A DNA stretch of 32,000 nucleotides from Synechococcus elongatus PCC 6301 (GTDB lineage: Bacteria > Cyanobacteriota > Cyanobacteriia > Synechococcales > Synechococcaceae). The DNA lies in the NCBI RefSeq assembly GCF_000010065.1, contig NC_006576.1, positions 2,640,001 to 2,672,000 of the forward strand, given 5' to 3'. The position numbers and the translations under genes are program-made. The notes under the pieces are model-generated. The model did no database searches. It had not been told where the DNA came from and saw only the letters and a list, made by a program, of their open reading frames with translations. Positions 1 to 10,484 of the stretch are shown here, one piece after another (the stretch's first letter is position 1; each line of letters starts with the position of its first letter).

Positions 1-34
1 ACTCGATCAGCCCCGCCCGATCGCAGCTGCCTAG
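1..34 (+). CDS. C-terminal tail of an upstream ORF, probably the CmpC-type transporter subunit (truncated by the window start)
   Basis: Frame 2 reads LDQPRPIAAA then TAG at 32-34, 24 bp before the cmpD start. Assignment rests only on the known cmpABCD gene order. Confidence 0.35.
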   Translation, partial: LDQPRPIAAA

Positions 35-58
35 CATTCCCTCCAGAGGACTTGTGTC

Positions 59-895
59 ATGCAAACCCTTCGTCAACAGCAGCCGATAGTTCCTTCCTCG
101 CCTGGGCATGATCCCTTTTTGATTGTGGAGAATGTCTCCAAAATCTACGAGACGCCCAAAGGCCCCTACACCGTTTTGGATGGAGTCAATCTTACAGTTC
201 AGGAAGGCGAATTTATCTGCGTGATCGGCCACTCCGGCTGTGGCAAATCGACTCTTCTGAATATGGTTTCGGGCTTCAATCAACCCTCCCACGGCTCCGT
301 GCGGTTGAAGGGTAAAGAGATCGACCGGCCCGGCCCCGATCGCATGGTGGTCTTCCAAAACTATGCGCTTTTGCCCTGGATGACCGCTTACGAAAATGTC
401 TACCTCGCGGTGGACTGCGTGAACCCCCAAATGCGGGAAGGCGAAAAGCGGGAAATTGTCCGCGAGCATCTGGCAATGGTTGGTCTAACCGAAGCCGCCG
501 AGAAAAAAATCACCCAGATCTCGGGGGGGATGAAACAGCGGGTGGCGATCGCTCGGGCGCTCTCGATTCGGCCTGAAGTGCTGATTTTGGACGAGCCGTT
601 TGGCGCACTCGATGCAATCACCAAAGAGGAATTGCAGGAAGAGCTACTCAAAATCTGGAACGATCATCGTTGCACCGTACTGATGATCACCCACGACATT
701 GATGAAGCGTTGTTCCTCGCCGATCGCTTGGTGATGATGACCAATGGGCCGGCGGCGAATATCGGTGAAATCATGACCATTCCCTTCCCTCGTCCGCGCG
801 ATCGCGAGCGGATTATGGAAGACCCGCAGTACTACGACCTGCGTAACTACGCGCTGGATTTCCTCTACAACCGATTTGCTCACGACGACGAGTAA
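59..895 (+). CDS. cmpD: Bicarbonate ABC transporter ATP-binding protein CmpD (NrtD/SsuB-like family)
   Basis: 278 aa ORF with Walker A GHSGCGKST, signature ISGGMKQRVAIARAL, Walker B VLILDEPFGALD and the H-loop THD. The cmpD versus nrtD choice is from recognition of the sequence. Confidence 0.85.
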   Translation: MQTLRQQQPIVPSSPGHDPFLIVENVSKIYETPKGPYTVLDGVNLTVQEGEFICVIGHSGCGKSTLLNMVSGFNQPSHGSVRLKGKEIDRPGPDRMVVFQNYALLPWMTAYENVYLAVDCVNPQMREGEKREIVREHLAMVGLTEAAEKKITQISGGMKQRVAIARALSIRPEVLILDEPFGALDAITKEELQEELLKIWNDHRCTVLMITHDIDEALFLADRLVMMTNGPAANIGEIMTIPFPRPRDRERIMEDPQYYDLRNYALDFLYNRFAHDDE

Positions 896-930
896 ATCAG
901 TACTCAACTCCGAACTTAGCCTCAGAGATT

Positions 931-960
931 CCCTCTGCTCCCATGGGCGAGGGATTTTTT
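931..960 (+). terminator. Probable rho-independent-type terminator after cmpD
   Basis: CCCTCTGCTCCCATGGGCGAGGG can fold as a hairpin (CCCTC/GAGGG outer stem, GC and CCC/GGG inner pairs) and is followed by ATTTTTT. Confidence 0.65.
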
Positions 961-1162
961 ACTGGGAGACAAGCCGGAATTCAAGCGAGGATCCCTCTGG
1001 GGGCCGCTGGACAAGACTTAGCAGTTGGCAGTTGAGCTGTCTTGGCAGAACGAAACTCTTACAGGACAAGTTTGTATTCCACACGGTCAGCGGGAGAGCA
1101 AAACCCTTGCCAGATGCGCGGAAATTGTGATGTGATGCGAGCGTCTATTGCGAGTTTGCTTC

Positions 1163-1732
1163 GTGCCCTCTGGACGCACTCACGATCGCCTGACCCTGTG
1201 GCTGTTGCCCGCTGTTGCGGCAGGCAGCTGGCTGATCAGCCGTCAGAGTGACCTTAGTTTGGTGCTGAGTGGCAGTTATCTATTTGCAGGGCTGATGTTT
1301 GGCCCTGACTTGGATGTGCGATCGCGGCAGTCGCAACGCTGGGGGCCACTGCGGTGGATCTGGACTCCCTATCAACGCTGCCTACGGCATCGCTCGTGGT
1401 TTTCCCACGGGCCCCTTTTGGGGACAATCGGCCGGGTTCTGTACCTCGGGGCTTGGCTACTGTTGTTGGTGCTAGTGATTGAAACAGCGATCGCGATCGG
1501 ACAGGGTGGCAACTGGGCAGGCTTGGGCGATCGCCTCAGTCAGCATCAGCAATGGATTGGGACAGAGCTGAGTCGTCGGCCAGCACTCGTTCTAGCGACC
1601 TTAGTTGGCTTAGAGCTCGGAGCCATGAGCCATAGCTTCAGCGATTGGGTAGGCTCAGCTTGGAAACGCTGGCGTCGGCCTCGTAAGACCACTCGCCGGC
1701 GTCCTGCAGCCTCCCGTTCTTCTCGGACTTAA
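1163..1732 (+). CDS. Putative metal-binding membrane protein, DUF2227-like
   Basis: The supplied ORF begins at TTG 1148, but the N-terminus conserved in this family (PSGRTHDRxTLW) begins at GTG 1163. Hydrophobic segments and conserved-looking histidines are present. Confidence 0.65.
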   Translation: MPSGRTHDRLTLWLLPAVAAGSWLISRQSDLSLVLSGSYLFAGLMFGPDLDVRSRQSQRWGPLRWIWTPYQRCLRHRSWFSHGPLLGTIGRVLYLGAWLLLLVLVIETAIAIGQGGNWAGLGDRLSQHQQWIGTELSRRPALVLATLVGLELGAMSHSFSDWVGSAWKRWRRPRKTTRRRPAASRSSRT

Positions 1733-1738
1733 ATCCCC

Positions 1739-2578
1739 ATGGGTGTTGATTTTTTTGAGTCGGTGCCAGCACCGAACCAAGATGCGATCGCGACAGCACT
1801 CCTGCAACTGGTTGCTGTGGTGGCGCAGCTCCGCGATCCAGAACAAGGCTGCCCCTGGGACCGCGAACAAACGCCGACCAGCCTGATTCCCTACGTGCTG
1901 GAAGAGGCCTACGAAGTCGTTCACGCCTTGCGCCAGGGCAATCCCAACGCGATCGCAGAGGAATTGGGAGACCTGCTGCTGCAAGTGGTGCTGCAAGCCC
2001 AAATTGCCAGTGAGAGCCAACAGTTTGATTTAGCAACGGTAGCCGATGGCATTACCGAGAAGCTGATCCGTCGTCATCCCCACGTGTTTGGCGAAGCGAT
2101 CGCAGAGACCCCGGAAGCGGTACAAGCAACCTGGCAAGCAATCAAAGCTCGTGAGAAAGGCGAGGTCGCGGAGACCCTGACCCACTGCCTCAGCCGCTAT
2201 GCAGCGACTCTGCCACCTTTGACGGCTGCCCTCAAGATTTCCCAGCGGGCCGCCAAGGCTGGGTTTGAGTGGCCGAATTTGGCGGGGGTCTGGGACAAGT
2301 TTGAAGAAGAGTTAGCCGAGCTGAAAGAGGCCCTCGATAGCGGCGATCGCGATCACGCCGAGGCTGAGCTGGGGGATCTGCTGTTCAGCTTGGTCAATAT
2401 TGCTCGCTGGTGCCAACTAGATCCGGTCGCAGCCCTTCAGGGCACCAACGATCGCTTTGTGGCCCGTTTCCAGAAAGTGGAGGCCGCCGCTGGTCAGTCC
2501 CTCGATAGCTTGGGCATTGAAACGTTGGAAAAACTCTGGCAACAGGCGAAACGGGAGTTAGGGCAATCCTCTGTTTAG
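1739..2578 (+). CDS. mazG: Nucleoside triphosphate pyrophosphohydrolase, MazG family
   Basis: 279 aa. It contains GCPWDREQTPTSLIPYVLEEAYEVV and a second MazG-like half with the EAELGDLLFSLVN motif. Confidence 0.9.
   Translation: MGVDFFESVPAPNQDAIATALLQLVAVVAQLRDPEQGCPWDREQTPTSLIPYVLEEAYEVVHALRQGNPNAIAEELGDLLLQVVLQAQIASESQQFDLATVADGITEKLIRRHPHVFGEAIAETPEAVQATWQAIKAREKGEVAETLTHCLSRYAATLPPLTAALKISQRAAKAGFEWPNLAGVWDKFEEELAELKEALDSGDRDHAEAELGDLLFSLVNIARWCQLDPVAALQGTNDRFVARFQKVEAAAGQSLDSLGIETLEKLWQQAKRELGQSSV
2096..2103. repeat. HIP1 octamer GCGATCGC, one of many dispersed copies
   Basis: Exact octamer here, and also for example at 9136-9143 and 24856-24863. Many further copies occur in and between genes. 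Confidence 0.9.
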
Positions 2579-2606
2579 ACGGAGGCAAAGGGCGATCGCG
2601 TCTGGA

Positions 2607-3320
2607 TTAGGGCTCTGTAGCCACTAACTGTTTGCGGATCTGCCAGCCGATCGCCACAACCAAACCGATCATCAGACTGCCAATGCCGATAAAACTCGGC
2701 AGCCAGAACGACCATTGCAGATGGTTCTCGCCAGACTGCAGCTTCCAGCACTGTCGCTGGAGCTTACCCTGCGCACTACTGGCGCTGGGCTGGGGCTGAC
2801 TGCGACTACCGCGTGGCGTTTCCAAGCAAACTTCCAGATCGAGCAGTGCCCCTGGGTCAAACAACACCTGTTGATCGCGGCGGGCGATCGCAAAATCTGA
2901 GAGATCAACGTTCAAATCGAGCTGATTGCCAATCGCCAGTAGGGCATTACTCTGGCGGACCGTCAGGCTCGGTTCCGGCAAGATCAGGGGTGTAGACTCC
3001 GGTCTTTCGAGGGGAGAGTAGAGCTGAGCGAATTTCGTTTCGAGATCGCGGCCATTATCAAAGGGAAGAGTCAGCCACCACTCATTGCGATCGCGCCGTA
3101 CTTTGCCACCCAGTTGTTTGCCACGCTGGGAAAGTTGCTGAAACCACTGCTGAGCTGCAGGTCGATTTAGGGCACTGAGGCGATCGTTCAGCTTCACATG
3201 TTGGATCAATTCACCGGCCGTTTGCCCTTGAAAGCGAATCGTCGTTTCTGCTTGGACACAGCCACCAAGCGCCACAGTCAACAGCAAGCAGAGCAGGGGC
3301 AACAGACGACGGAAGGCCAC
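2607..3320 (-). CDS. DUF3153-like predicted lipoprotein with a C-terminal TM segment
   Basis: 237 aa with a lipobox-like N-terminus (LLTVALGGC) and a C-terminal hydrophobic helix (FIGIGSLMIGLVVAIGW) followed by basic residues. Confidence 0.65.
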   Translation of the reverse strand: MAFRRLLPLLCLLLTVALGGCVQAETTIRFQGQTAGELIQHVKLNDRLSALNRPAAQQWFQQLSQRGKQLGGKVRRDRNEWWLTLPFDNGRDLETKFAQLYSPLERPESTPLILPEPSLTVRQSNALLAIGNQLDLNVDLSDFAIARRDQQVLFDPGALLDLEVCLETPRGSRSQPQPSASSAQGKLQRQCWKLQSGENHLQWSFWLPSFIGIGSLMIGLVVAIGWQIRKQLVATEP

Positions 3321-3347
3321 AGGAACTCCTAGGAAGATGCCGAAGCT

Positions 3348-3875
3348 TCAGGTTGGACGAAACAAGATCCAACCCAACAACGCTATCAAGAACAGCAAGC
3401 CAAACCCAAGGAAGCGATTATCGCGGGTGTTGATCCGGTTGAGGTCATCGACTGGCGTCAGCCGATAGTCTGGCTCTTTCTCCTCTTTGGCCGAGCCACC
3501 CGGTGCCTGCCGCAGTTTTGCCAGAGTATCCTCCGACAGGCTGGTCAGGTCAGGAATCTCCACCTGCCAGTCAGCCCTCCGTTCCAGTCGCGGGGCTTCG
3601 AGGATATAGAGCAGTTGGGCCGCGAGTTGTCGCTGTTCGCGCAGGGGATGTTTCGCCAGTTGGCGACAGACTGTTTTGGCCGCCTCAATGTCTCCGATCG
3701 CTTGATAGGCGGTGGCCAACCAGTAGCGAATCTCTGCACCGATCGCGCTGGCCACCGCAGCCTGCTCAGCAGCGGTTTCGAGGGCAGCGATCGCCTGCCG
3801 ATAGTCACCGCGAGCGATCGCCGCTTGCCCGATTGCTAGCCCCTGCTCTGTCGAGACGGAATTGCGATCGCTCAT
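3348..3875 (-). CDS. TPR-like protein with a C-terminal TM segment
   Basis: 175 aa with TPR-like repeats ([49 protein letters not shown]) and a C-terminal TM helix ([18 protein letters not shown]). It overlaps argB by 4 nt. Confidence 0.6.
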   Translation of the reverse strand: MSDRNSVSTEQGLAIGQAAIARGDYRQAIAALETAAEQAAVASAIGAEIRYWLATAYQAIGDIEAAKTVCRQLAKHPLREQRQLAAQLLYILEAPRLERRADWQVEIPDLTSLSEDTLAKLRQAPGGSAKEEKEPDYRLTPVDDLNRINTRDNRFLGFGLLFLIALLGWILFRPT

Positions 3876-4777
3876 TGCCAGGGTTGATGGGCCTCGTGGT
3901 AGCCCGAGCCAACAATCATCGTGCCAATGCCCGCATCCGTGAAAATCTCCAGCAGCAGCGCATGGGGAATTCGACCATCAATGATGTGAGCAGCCCGTAC
4001 GCCTTGAGCGAGAGATCGGATACAACAATCCACCTTAGGAATCATGCCGCCACCGACAATCCCTTGGGCAATCAGTTCGCGGCTTTGGGGGATGTTGAGA
4101 CGGGGAATCAGGCTTTCGGGACGTTTGGGATCTTCGAGGATGCCACGGGTATCCGTCAGCAAAATCAGTTTTTCTGCATTCAGAGCTGCGGCAATTTCAC
4201 CGGCGACGGTATCTGCGTTGATGTTGAAGGATTGGCCGTTTTCATCGGCAGCAACGCTAGAAATGACGGGAATGTAACCGCGCTCCAGCAGCGGCTCAAT
4301 CACTTCGCTGTTGACGCTGTTGACTTCGCCGACAAAACCAATCCCTTCCTGATCGTGGGGACGCGCTAGGACCAGACGACCATCGGTACCACAGAAACCA
4401 ACGGCCCGTCCGCCTGTGGTATTGATCCGCGAGACGATGTCTTTATTGACGCGGCCAACCAGCACCATCTCGACCACTTCCATGGTGTCGGCATCGGTGA
4501 CTCGGAGACCGTTATGGAACTGAGGCTCAATCCCAACCCGCCCCAGCCAAGCGTTAATTTCTGGCCCGCCACCGTGAACCACAACGGGGCGCATGCCCAC
4601 ACAGGCCAAGAAGACGATGTCACGCATCACCGCTTCCTTCAGCTCTTCCTGCTTCATGGCAGCGCCGCCATATTTGACGACGACGGTACGCCCAGCAAAC
4701 TGCTGGAGGTAGGGTAGAGCTTCGCTGAGAATGCGAACGCGATCGGCTGCGCCTGCTTCGATAAACTCGCTAGACAT
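3872..4777 (-). CDS. argB: Acetylglutamate kinase
   Basis: 301 aa, with [20 protein letters not shown], and C-terminal [47 protein letters not shown]. Confidence 0.95.
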   Translation of the reverse strand: MSSEFIEAGAADRVRILSEALPYLQQFAGRTVVVKYGGAAMKQEELKEAVMRDIVFLACVGMRPVVVHGGGPEINAWLGRVGIEPQFHNGLRVTDADTMEVVEMVLVGRVNKDIVSRINTTGGRAVGFCGTDGRLVLARPHDQEGIGFVGEVNSVNSEVIEPLLERGYIPVISSVAADENGQSFNINADTVAGEIAAALNAEKLILLTDTRGILEDPKRPESLIPRLNIPQSRELIAQGIVGGGMIPKVDCCIRSLAQGVRAAHIIDGRIPHALLLEIFTDAGIGTMIVGSGYHEAHQPWQ

Positions 4778-5330
4778 CGGCGGGCACCTCAGCGGTGACG
4801 ATCAGGGCGACTTCCACGCGATCGCTCGTGGGTTGGGTGACTTCTGCCCGTAGTCCAGGCCCAAAGAAACGGCCAATGCGCTCCTGCTTTTCTTTCCAAG
4901 TCTCAAAGTCCACATGGGGAGACGCAAAATCGAGCACGAGCGTGTAGGCTCCCTCGCGATTTTCCTCCCGCAGCGCCACAAGTTCGGGGCGTTCGTCGTC
5001 ACTGGGACTCAGCCCCAACTTTTCGAGGGCCACATCTAAGTGCGCTTCTTGCCCGTAGCGGAACCGAGTCACATCTTGGCGGACTTGATTTTGAGTTTTG
5101 GTTGCTTGGGCTTTGCGGAGCTGGATCACCTCAGCGGCAGCCCTAGCTAAGGGTACAGGTTTCAGTTCGGCCGATTTGAGCGCCAAGCCCCCCAACAGTA
5201 AGGGAATGCCGTAGAAAAAACCCGCCAAGTTGAGGGTGGCGTTATCGATGACGAAGTAAGCGTAGAAACCCACTAGGGTCAGGGCGGTACCGATGACGGT
5301 CAGGAGATTGCCAAGGGGAAAACCGAGCAT
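4770..5330 (-). CDS. DUF2854-like membrane protein
   Basis: 186 aa with two N-terminal TM segments ([18 protein letters not shown] and [16 protein letters not shown]) followed by a soluble domain. It overlaps argB by 8 nt. Confidence 0.65.
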   Translation of the reverse strand: MLGFPLGNLLTVIGTALTLVGFYAYFVIDNATLNLAGFFYGIPLLLGGLALKSAELKPVPLARAAAEVIQLRKAQATKTQNQVRQDVTRFRYGQEAHLDVALEKLGLSPSDDERPELVALREENREGAYTLVLDFASPHVDFETWKEKQERIGRFFGPGLRAEVTQPTSDRVEVALIVTAEVPADV

Positions 5331-5431
5331 GCGCGTCCAGCAGACAAGACTCTTCCAATCCTAAGATGTTGGCGATCGCTCCTTGAGATTTCCAGCAGCG
5401 GTCAAGATAGAACGAGTGCTTTACTGCTGCA

Positions 5432-5635
5432 ATGACTGACGACTCGCGATCGCTCTCTGACCAAATCCGCCAGCGCCTCACGCTGCTGCGCCAGCAACGC
5501 CAAGTGCTGGTGACGCTCCAAGGCCAAAACCTTGGCGAACTCCAATTGGATGTGGAGCAGGCCTTGGTGGAGCTCGATGACTTGCTGCAGGAAGGCGATC
5601 GCCTCTTCCCCACAACAGTCACGCCGGACGCCTAG
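5432..5635 (+). CDS. Small hypothetical protein, predicted helical
   Basis: 67 aa ORF with heptad-like Leu/Gln/Glu-rich sequence (DQIRQRLTLLRQQRQVLVTLQGQNLGELQLDVEQALVELDDLLQEG), lying in an otherwise empty gap. Confidence 0.5.
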   Translation: MTDDSRSLSDQIRQRLTLLRQQRQVLVTLQGQNLGELQLDVEQALVELDDLLQEGDRLFPTTVTPDA

Positions 5636-5855
5636 AGCAAGACGTTGCTGAACGATCGCCTCAACCTTGAGTCCTTGGCCTGAACTCTACCGAGTCAGGA
5701 TTGCTAGGGGAGGGGCGTTAAGTCAGGGCGATCGCAGGCTGTTTCTGGACGGTAGTGAGGCGATCGCTGCTGACTACGGCGATAAAAAAGCGACTCCCAA
5801 TTTGGAAGCCGCAATTTGATTTGAATTCTAAGGATTGAAGCAGTCGAAGCAAGAC

Positions 5856-6386
<531 letters not shown>

Positions 6387-6403
6387 CTAAGCATTAGTGA
6401 GAT

Positions 6404-7303
6404 TTATCGTTCCGGCCGAAAATCCGCGACCAAACGACACCAATCTCCCTGACTGGCGCGATCGCGGATCACCCAACCGTACTCTTCCAAAGTGACGCTG
6501 ACAGTGTCGGCTTGACTGGTTAGCAAGCCGCTAAAGATTGCCCAGCTGCCAGGACTAGCCAACTCAGACAGCGTCGGTGTTAGAGCTTGGATGATGTGCG
6601 CCAAGATGTTGCACAAAAAGCCGTCAAATCGAACGCCCTGCGCATGCAGCGGCTGCAGTTGATCCGCACTGCCGATCGCGGTCCAGAAGCGATCGCCTTC
6701 CAAATCATTTAAGGCGGCGTTAGCTTGGGTTGCCCCAACCGCGAGGGGATCGGTGTCCACCGCGTAGACCTGTTTGGCCCCGAGCAGCAGTGCCCCGATC
6801 GCCAAAATGCCAGAGCCACAGCCGACATCGGCGATCACCTTGTCGGCAACCGGAACCGTTTCCAGCCCCTCTAAACAAAGCTGCGTGGTGGGATGAGCTC
6901 CGGTACCAAAGGCGGTGCCGGGATCAAGCTGCAGCAGCAAGCGATCGCTGGGTTCTGGTTCCAACCAGGCTGGTTGAATCAAGAAGCGATCGCCCAGCTC
7001 TTGGGGTTGCCAGTGGCGTTTCCAGCTCTCAGACCAATCCTCTTCATCGAGGGTCTGCCAGCTCAAACTGGGTGTGGGCAAGCCGAGATCCGCAGCATCA
7101 GCATTGATCTCTTGCAGGAGGCGATCGCGAATCGTCTCCTCCCACAGCTCCGCCGGAAAATAGCTATGGACTTGCAAGCCTTGGGCTTTGCTTTCACAGA
7201 CAAAACCCCGTCCCCCCGCCTCTGACAGCCGCCAATAGAGTAGGTCTTCCAGCAGGGGGTCGCAGTGAACCTCGACCTGCCACCACGATTGACTGACTGG
7301 CAC
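6404..7303 (-). CDS. prmA: Ribosomal protein L11 methyltransferase
   Basis: 299 aa with DPGTAFGTGAHPTTQLCLE, VADVGCGSGILAIGALLLGAKQVYAVDTDP and CNILAHIIQ. GTG start; shares 1 nt with the serA stop codon. Confidence 0.92.
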   Translation of the reverse strand: MPVSQSWWQVEVHCDPLLEDLLYWRLSEAGGRGFVCESKAQGLQVHSYFPAELWEETIRDRLLQEINADAADLGLPTPSLSWQTLDEEDWSESWKRHWQPQELGDRFLIQPAWLEPEPSDRLLLQLDPGTAFGTGAHPTTQLCLEGLETVPVADKVIADVGCGSGILAIGALLLGAKQVYAVDTDPLAVGATQANAALNDLEGDRFWTAIGSADQLQPLHAQGVRFDGFLCNILAHIIQALTPTLSELASPGSWAIFSGLLTSQADTVSVTLEEYGWVIRDRASQGDWCRLVADFRPER

Positions 7304-8892
7304 TAGAGCACCACCGTGTAGGCGTCACTGATGCCAGCTACCTTGGTGATTTCCGCCAAGATGCCTTCCGGCAGCGGATCATCCAAGCTCAGTACCATCA
7401 CCGCGTCGCCGCGCACAATCCGGCGTCCGACCTGCATGCTGGCGATATTGACGTTAAAGCTCCCCAAGAGCGAGCCGATCTTGCCGATGATGCCGGGCAT
7501 ATCGCGGTGGCGTGTGAACAGCATGTAGCGGCTGGGCGGCACGTTGACCGGAAACTCATCGACATTGGTGATTCGAATTTCGCCATCACCGAGCAGAGCA
7601 CCCATGACGCGGTGTTCGCCATTGGAGCCGGTCGCCACCAGTTGCAGCGAACCGCCAGCGTAGTCATCGCGGACGGATTCATCCCGCGTTTCGATGATCC
7701 GAATGCCCCGCTCTTTGGCTTCGATCATGGCGTTAACGTAGTTGACCCGCTCGCGCAGCGCTTGGGTCAGTAAGCCTTTGAGGGCGGCAACCACGATCGG
7801 CTGGCTCTGTTGCGCGGCTAATTCCCCTTGCAGTCGCACCGTCAGCTGTTCCAAGCGGCCACCGGCGACTTGGCTGAGCAGGTTGCCGAGGGTTTCCGCC
7901 AGCTGCAAGTAGGGCCGTAGTTTTTCCAGAATGTCTGGGTAGAGCCCGGGAATGTTGACTGCCGAGCGCGCTGGTAGCCCCAGCAAGACGTCCCGGATTT
8001 GTTCAGCCACATCAACCGCAACGTTGACCTGGGCTTCCGTCGTCGAAGCGCCGAGGTGCGGCGTCAGGATCAGGTTTTTGCCCAAGGCCCGCAGGGGGGA
8101 ATCGGCTTGGAGCGGTTCTTGGTCGTAAACATCGAGGGCTGCCCCGCCAATTTTGCCAGCAGCGATCGCGTCAGCCAAGGCCTGCTCATTAATCACGCCG
8201 CCGCGAGCACAGTTGATGATCCGAGTCGTCGGCTTCATCTTCGCCAAAGTCTCGGCATTGATCAGATTGGCAGTTTCTGGCGTTTTGGGAATGTGGAGGG
8301 TGATGTAGTCCGCTTCTTGGAAGAGGATGTCCAGTTCCACCAACCGAGCACCAATTTGCTCAGCTCGCTCAGCTGAAATGAAGGGATCGTAGGCGAGCAA
8401 TTTCATGCCCATCGCCTTGGCGACCGTGGCGACGTGGGAGCCGATTTTACCCAAGCCAACGACACCGAGGGTTTTCTTGTAGACTTCAGTGCCGACAAAG
8501 CTCTTGCGATCCCAGCCGCCCGATTTAGTCGAAGCGTTGGCATCGGGAATATGCCGCGACAGCGACAGCATCATCGCCAGCGTATGTTCGGCTGCTGCAA
8601 TCGTGTTGCCTTCCGGCGAGTTGACCACAACGATGCCGCGCCGCGTTGCCGCTGGAACATCGACGTTATCGACCCCAACTCCAGCCCGACCAATGATCCG
8701 TAGCTTTTGACCGGCCTCAATCACTTCTGCGGTGACACGAGTGCCCGATCGCAGCATCAGCGCATCGTATTCGCCAATGATTTGCGCCAGTTCGGACGGC
8801 GACAATCCCGTCTTGACGTCTACCTGAGCGACTTGCGAGAGAATGTCGAGACCGACCTGATCGATGGGGTCGGAGACCAGAACCTTGGGCAT
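7303..8892 (-). CDS. serA: D-3-phosphoglycerate dehydrogenase with C-terminal ACT domain
   Basis: 529 aa from MPKVLVSDP, with GRAGVGVDNVD, GLGKIGSHVA, the LHIPKTPET segment, LTPHLGASTTEAQ and a C-terminal ACT region (HRDMPGIIGKIGSLLGSFNVNIASMQVGR). Confidence 0.95.
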   Translation of the reverse strand: MPKVLVSDPIDQVGLDILSQVAQVDVKTGLSPSELAQIIGEYDALMLRSGTRVTAEVIEAGQKLRIIGRAGVGVDNVDVPAATRRGIVVVNSPEGNTIAAAEHTLAMMLSLSRHIPDANASTKSGGWDRKSFVGTEVYKKTLGVVGLGKIGSHVATVAKAMGMKLLAYDPFISAERAEQIGARLVELDILFQEADYITLHIPKTPETANLINAETLAKMKPTTRIINCARGGVINEQALADAIAAGKIGGAALDVYDQEPLQADSPLRALGKNLILTPHLGASTTEAQVNVAVDVAEQIRDVLLGLPARSAVNIPGLYPDILEKLRPYLQLAETLGNLLSQVAGGRLEQLTVRLQGELAAQQSQPIVVAALKGLLTQALRERVNYVNAMIEAKERGIRIIETRDESVRDDYAGGSLQLVATGSNGEHRVMGALLGDGEIRITNVDEFPVNVPPSRYMLFTRHRDMPGIIGKIGSLLGSFNVNIASMQVGRRIVRGDAVMVLSLDDPLPEGILAEITKVAGISDAYTVVL

Positions 8893-9014
8893 GGTGAGCC
8901 AACGAGCGACAGGAATGGACGATCCGCAGATTCGCCCGATCATTCATTCTAAAGGTGGCGTGGGCTGTGCCCCATGCTCGCAAGCGGCGAATTCTGCAAC
9001 CCAACCCCGAACCT

Positions 9015-9527
9015 ATGACCTACCTGATTGCTGTTTTGCGCGATCGCCCCACGGTGGAAGCAGCCTGCGCTGCTTTGGCTGAAACCGGCTGGTCAAGCGA
9101 CTTCTGGAGCGTGGTGGGTGAAGGCTGGGAAAGTAGCGATCGCTTCGGTTTGCTCAATCCTAAGCAGCGATCGCGGCAACGGGTGCGCTGGATGGCGACT
9201 TGGCTGGTGCCCTTTGGTTTTGCAGGTGGTTTGGTCTTCAGCAAAATTACGGGGCTAGAAACCTTTGCTTGGGCAGGGCCAGTCGGCAATGACCTCGTGG
9301 GGGGCGTGCTAGGTGCCTTGTCGGGCTTGATGGGCAGCGCTTTCATCGGTGGTGGTTTCGGCGTTGGTAACCTGTCGGGTTTTGATCCGCTGCCATTCCG
9401 CAATCGGCTTGAGGAAGGCAAGTTCGTGCTGATTCTGCGGGGCAACGATGCTGTGACCACTCAAGCCTGGCGTCTGCTGCGATCGGTCAATCCGGAGTCC
9501 TTGCAAACCGTCGAGGAGAGTCTGTAG
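9015..9527 (+). CDS. Hypothetical protein with a glycine-rich hydrophobic central region
   Basis: 170 aa from MTYLIAVLRDRPTVEAACAALAETGW, with a GPVGNDLVGGVLGALSGLMGSAFIGGGFGVG segment and a C-terminal KFVLILRGNDAVTTQAWRLLRS. Confidence 0.65.
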   Translation: MTYLIAVLRDRPTVEAACAALAETGWSSDFWSVVGEGWESSDRFGLLNPKQRSRQRVRWMATWLVPFGFAGGLVFSKITGLETFAWAGPVGNDLVGGVLGALSGLMGSAFIGGGFGVGNLSGFDPLPFRNRLEEGKFVLILRGNDAVTTQAWRLLRSVNPESLQTVEESL

Positions 9528-10307
9528 ATGTTGCCGCGTCAAGACTTGCCGGCTGGGGCTGATAACCGAGACTGTCTGGCACGATTGATCGATCTGGCTG
9601 AGCAGTCGATCCGCACTTGGGAACCGGCAATCAGTGATTTTCTGTCGCCGCCGGAGTTAGCGGAAGCCCAAGAGCGATTGGGCCGATTGACGGAATTACA
9701 ACTTCTACCTTGGGGCGGTTATCCACAGGCCGAGCGTCAGCGCCTAGCGATCGCCCGCAGTGAGATGCCTCTCGACGTGGATCAGATCGCGATCGCAGCG
9801 GTAGAGATTGCTGGCAACTTCTTGTTCGACCCTGCGAGCCATCGTGACTTTTTGGGGTCTTTGCTAGGGACTGGTCTTGTCCGCGAAAAAGTAGGCGATA
9901 TCCTCGTGCTGGGCGATCGCGGTGCCCAAGCACTGGTGATGCCAGAACTCGTGGAATTTCTGGGTCTGCAACTGACCCAAGTCCGCAGCGTTCCGGTGAA
10001 GGTTCGCGAAATTCCTCTGGCAGAACTGCGCATCCCAGCCCCACGGATCAAGCAACTGACCACCGTAGAAGCTTCGTTACGGTTGGATGCGATCGCCTCA
10101 GCCGGTTTTGGCCTCTCGCGCAGCAAGATGGTGGACCTGATCAGTCGTGGAGAGGTTCGAGTCAACTGGAAAGCGGCGACCCAGCCCAGTACTCAGCTCA
10201 AAACGGGCGATCTCGTAGCAGTGCGTGGCAAAGGTCGCCTCGCGATTGGTGATGTTCAAGTAACGAAGAAGGAACGCTATCGCCTAGAGCTAACACGTTA
10301 CGTTTAG
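9528..10307 (+). CDS. S4-domain RNA-binding protein, YlmH-like (photosystem II S4-domain type)
   Basis: 259 aa with C-terminal S4 domain (VEASLRLDAIASAGFGLSRSKMVDLISRGEVRVNWKAA...LKTGDLVAVRGKGRLAI). The start immediately follows the previous stop. Confidence 0.8.
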   Translation: MLPRQDLPAGADNRDCLARLIDLAEQSIRTWEPAISDFLSPPELAEAQERLGRLTELQLLPWGGYPQAERQRLAIARSEMPLDVDQIAIAAVEIAGNFLFDPASHRDFLGSLLGTGLVREKVGDILVLGDRGAQALVMPELVEFLGLQLTQVRSVPVKVREIPLAELRIPAPRIKQLTTVEASLRLDAIASAGFGLSRSKMVDLISRGEVRVNWKAATQPSTQLKTGDLVAVRGKGRLAIGDVQVTKKERYRLELTRYV

Positions 10308-10349
10308 ATCGCAAATCGTAAGTAAAAAAGTCGCAAGTATAGAAATCTA

Positions 10350-10379
10350 GCTGAACAGATGCAGCTCCTTAGGTTCAGC
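10350..10379. other. Inverted repeat in the ylmH-DUF2252 intergenic region
   Basis: Perfect 7 bp arms GCTGAAC (10350-10356) and GTTCAGC (10373-10379), 16 nt apart. Confidence 0.45.
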
Positions 10380-10484
10380 CATTACTTTGCTAGGGGCTTA
10401 AATTTTAATTCTAAGTATGCTGAGAGCCAAATCCAGACTTTAGCCTACTAAGTAAGTAGATCACTTAATCCTAGGCTTGATGGC

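Noticed and set aside
3503-4369. 288 aa plus-strand ORF across the TPR-like gene and argB
   Set aside because: It is antisense to two supported genes, with composition typical of a shadow ORF.
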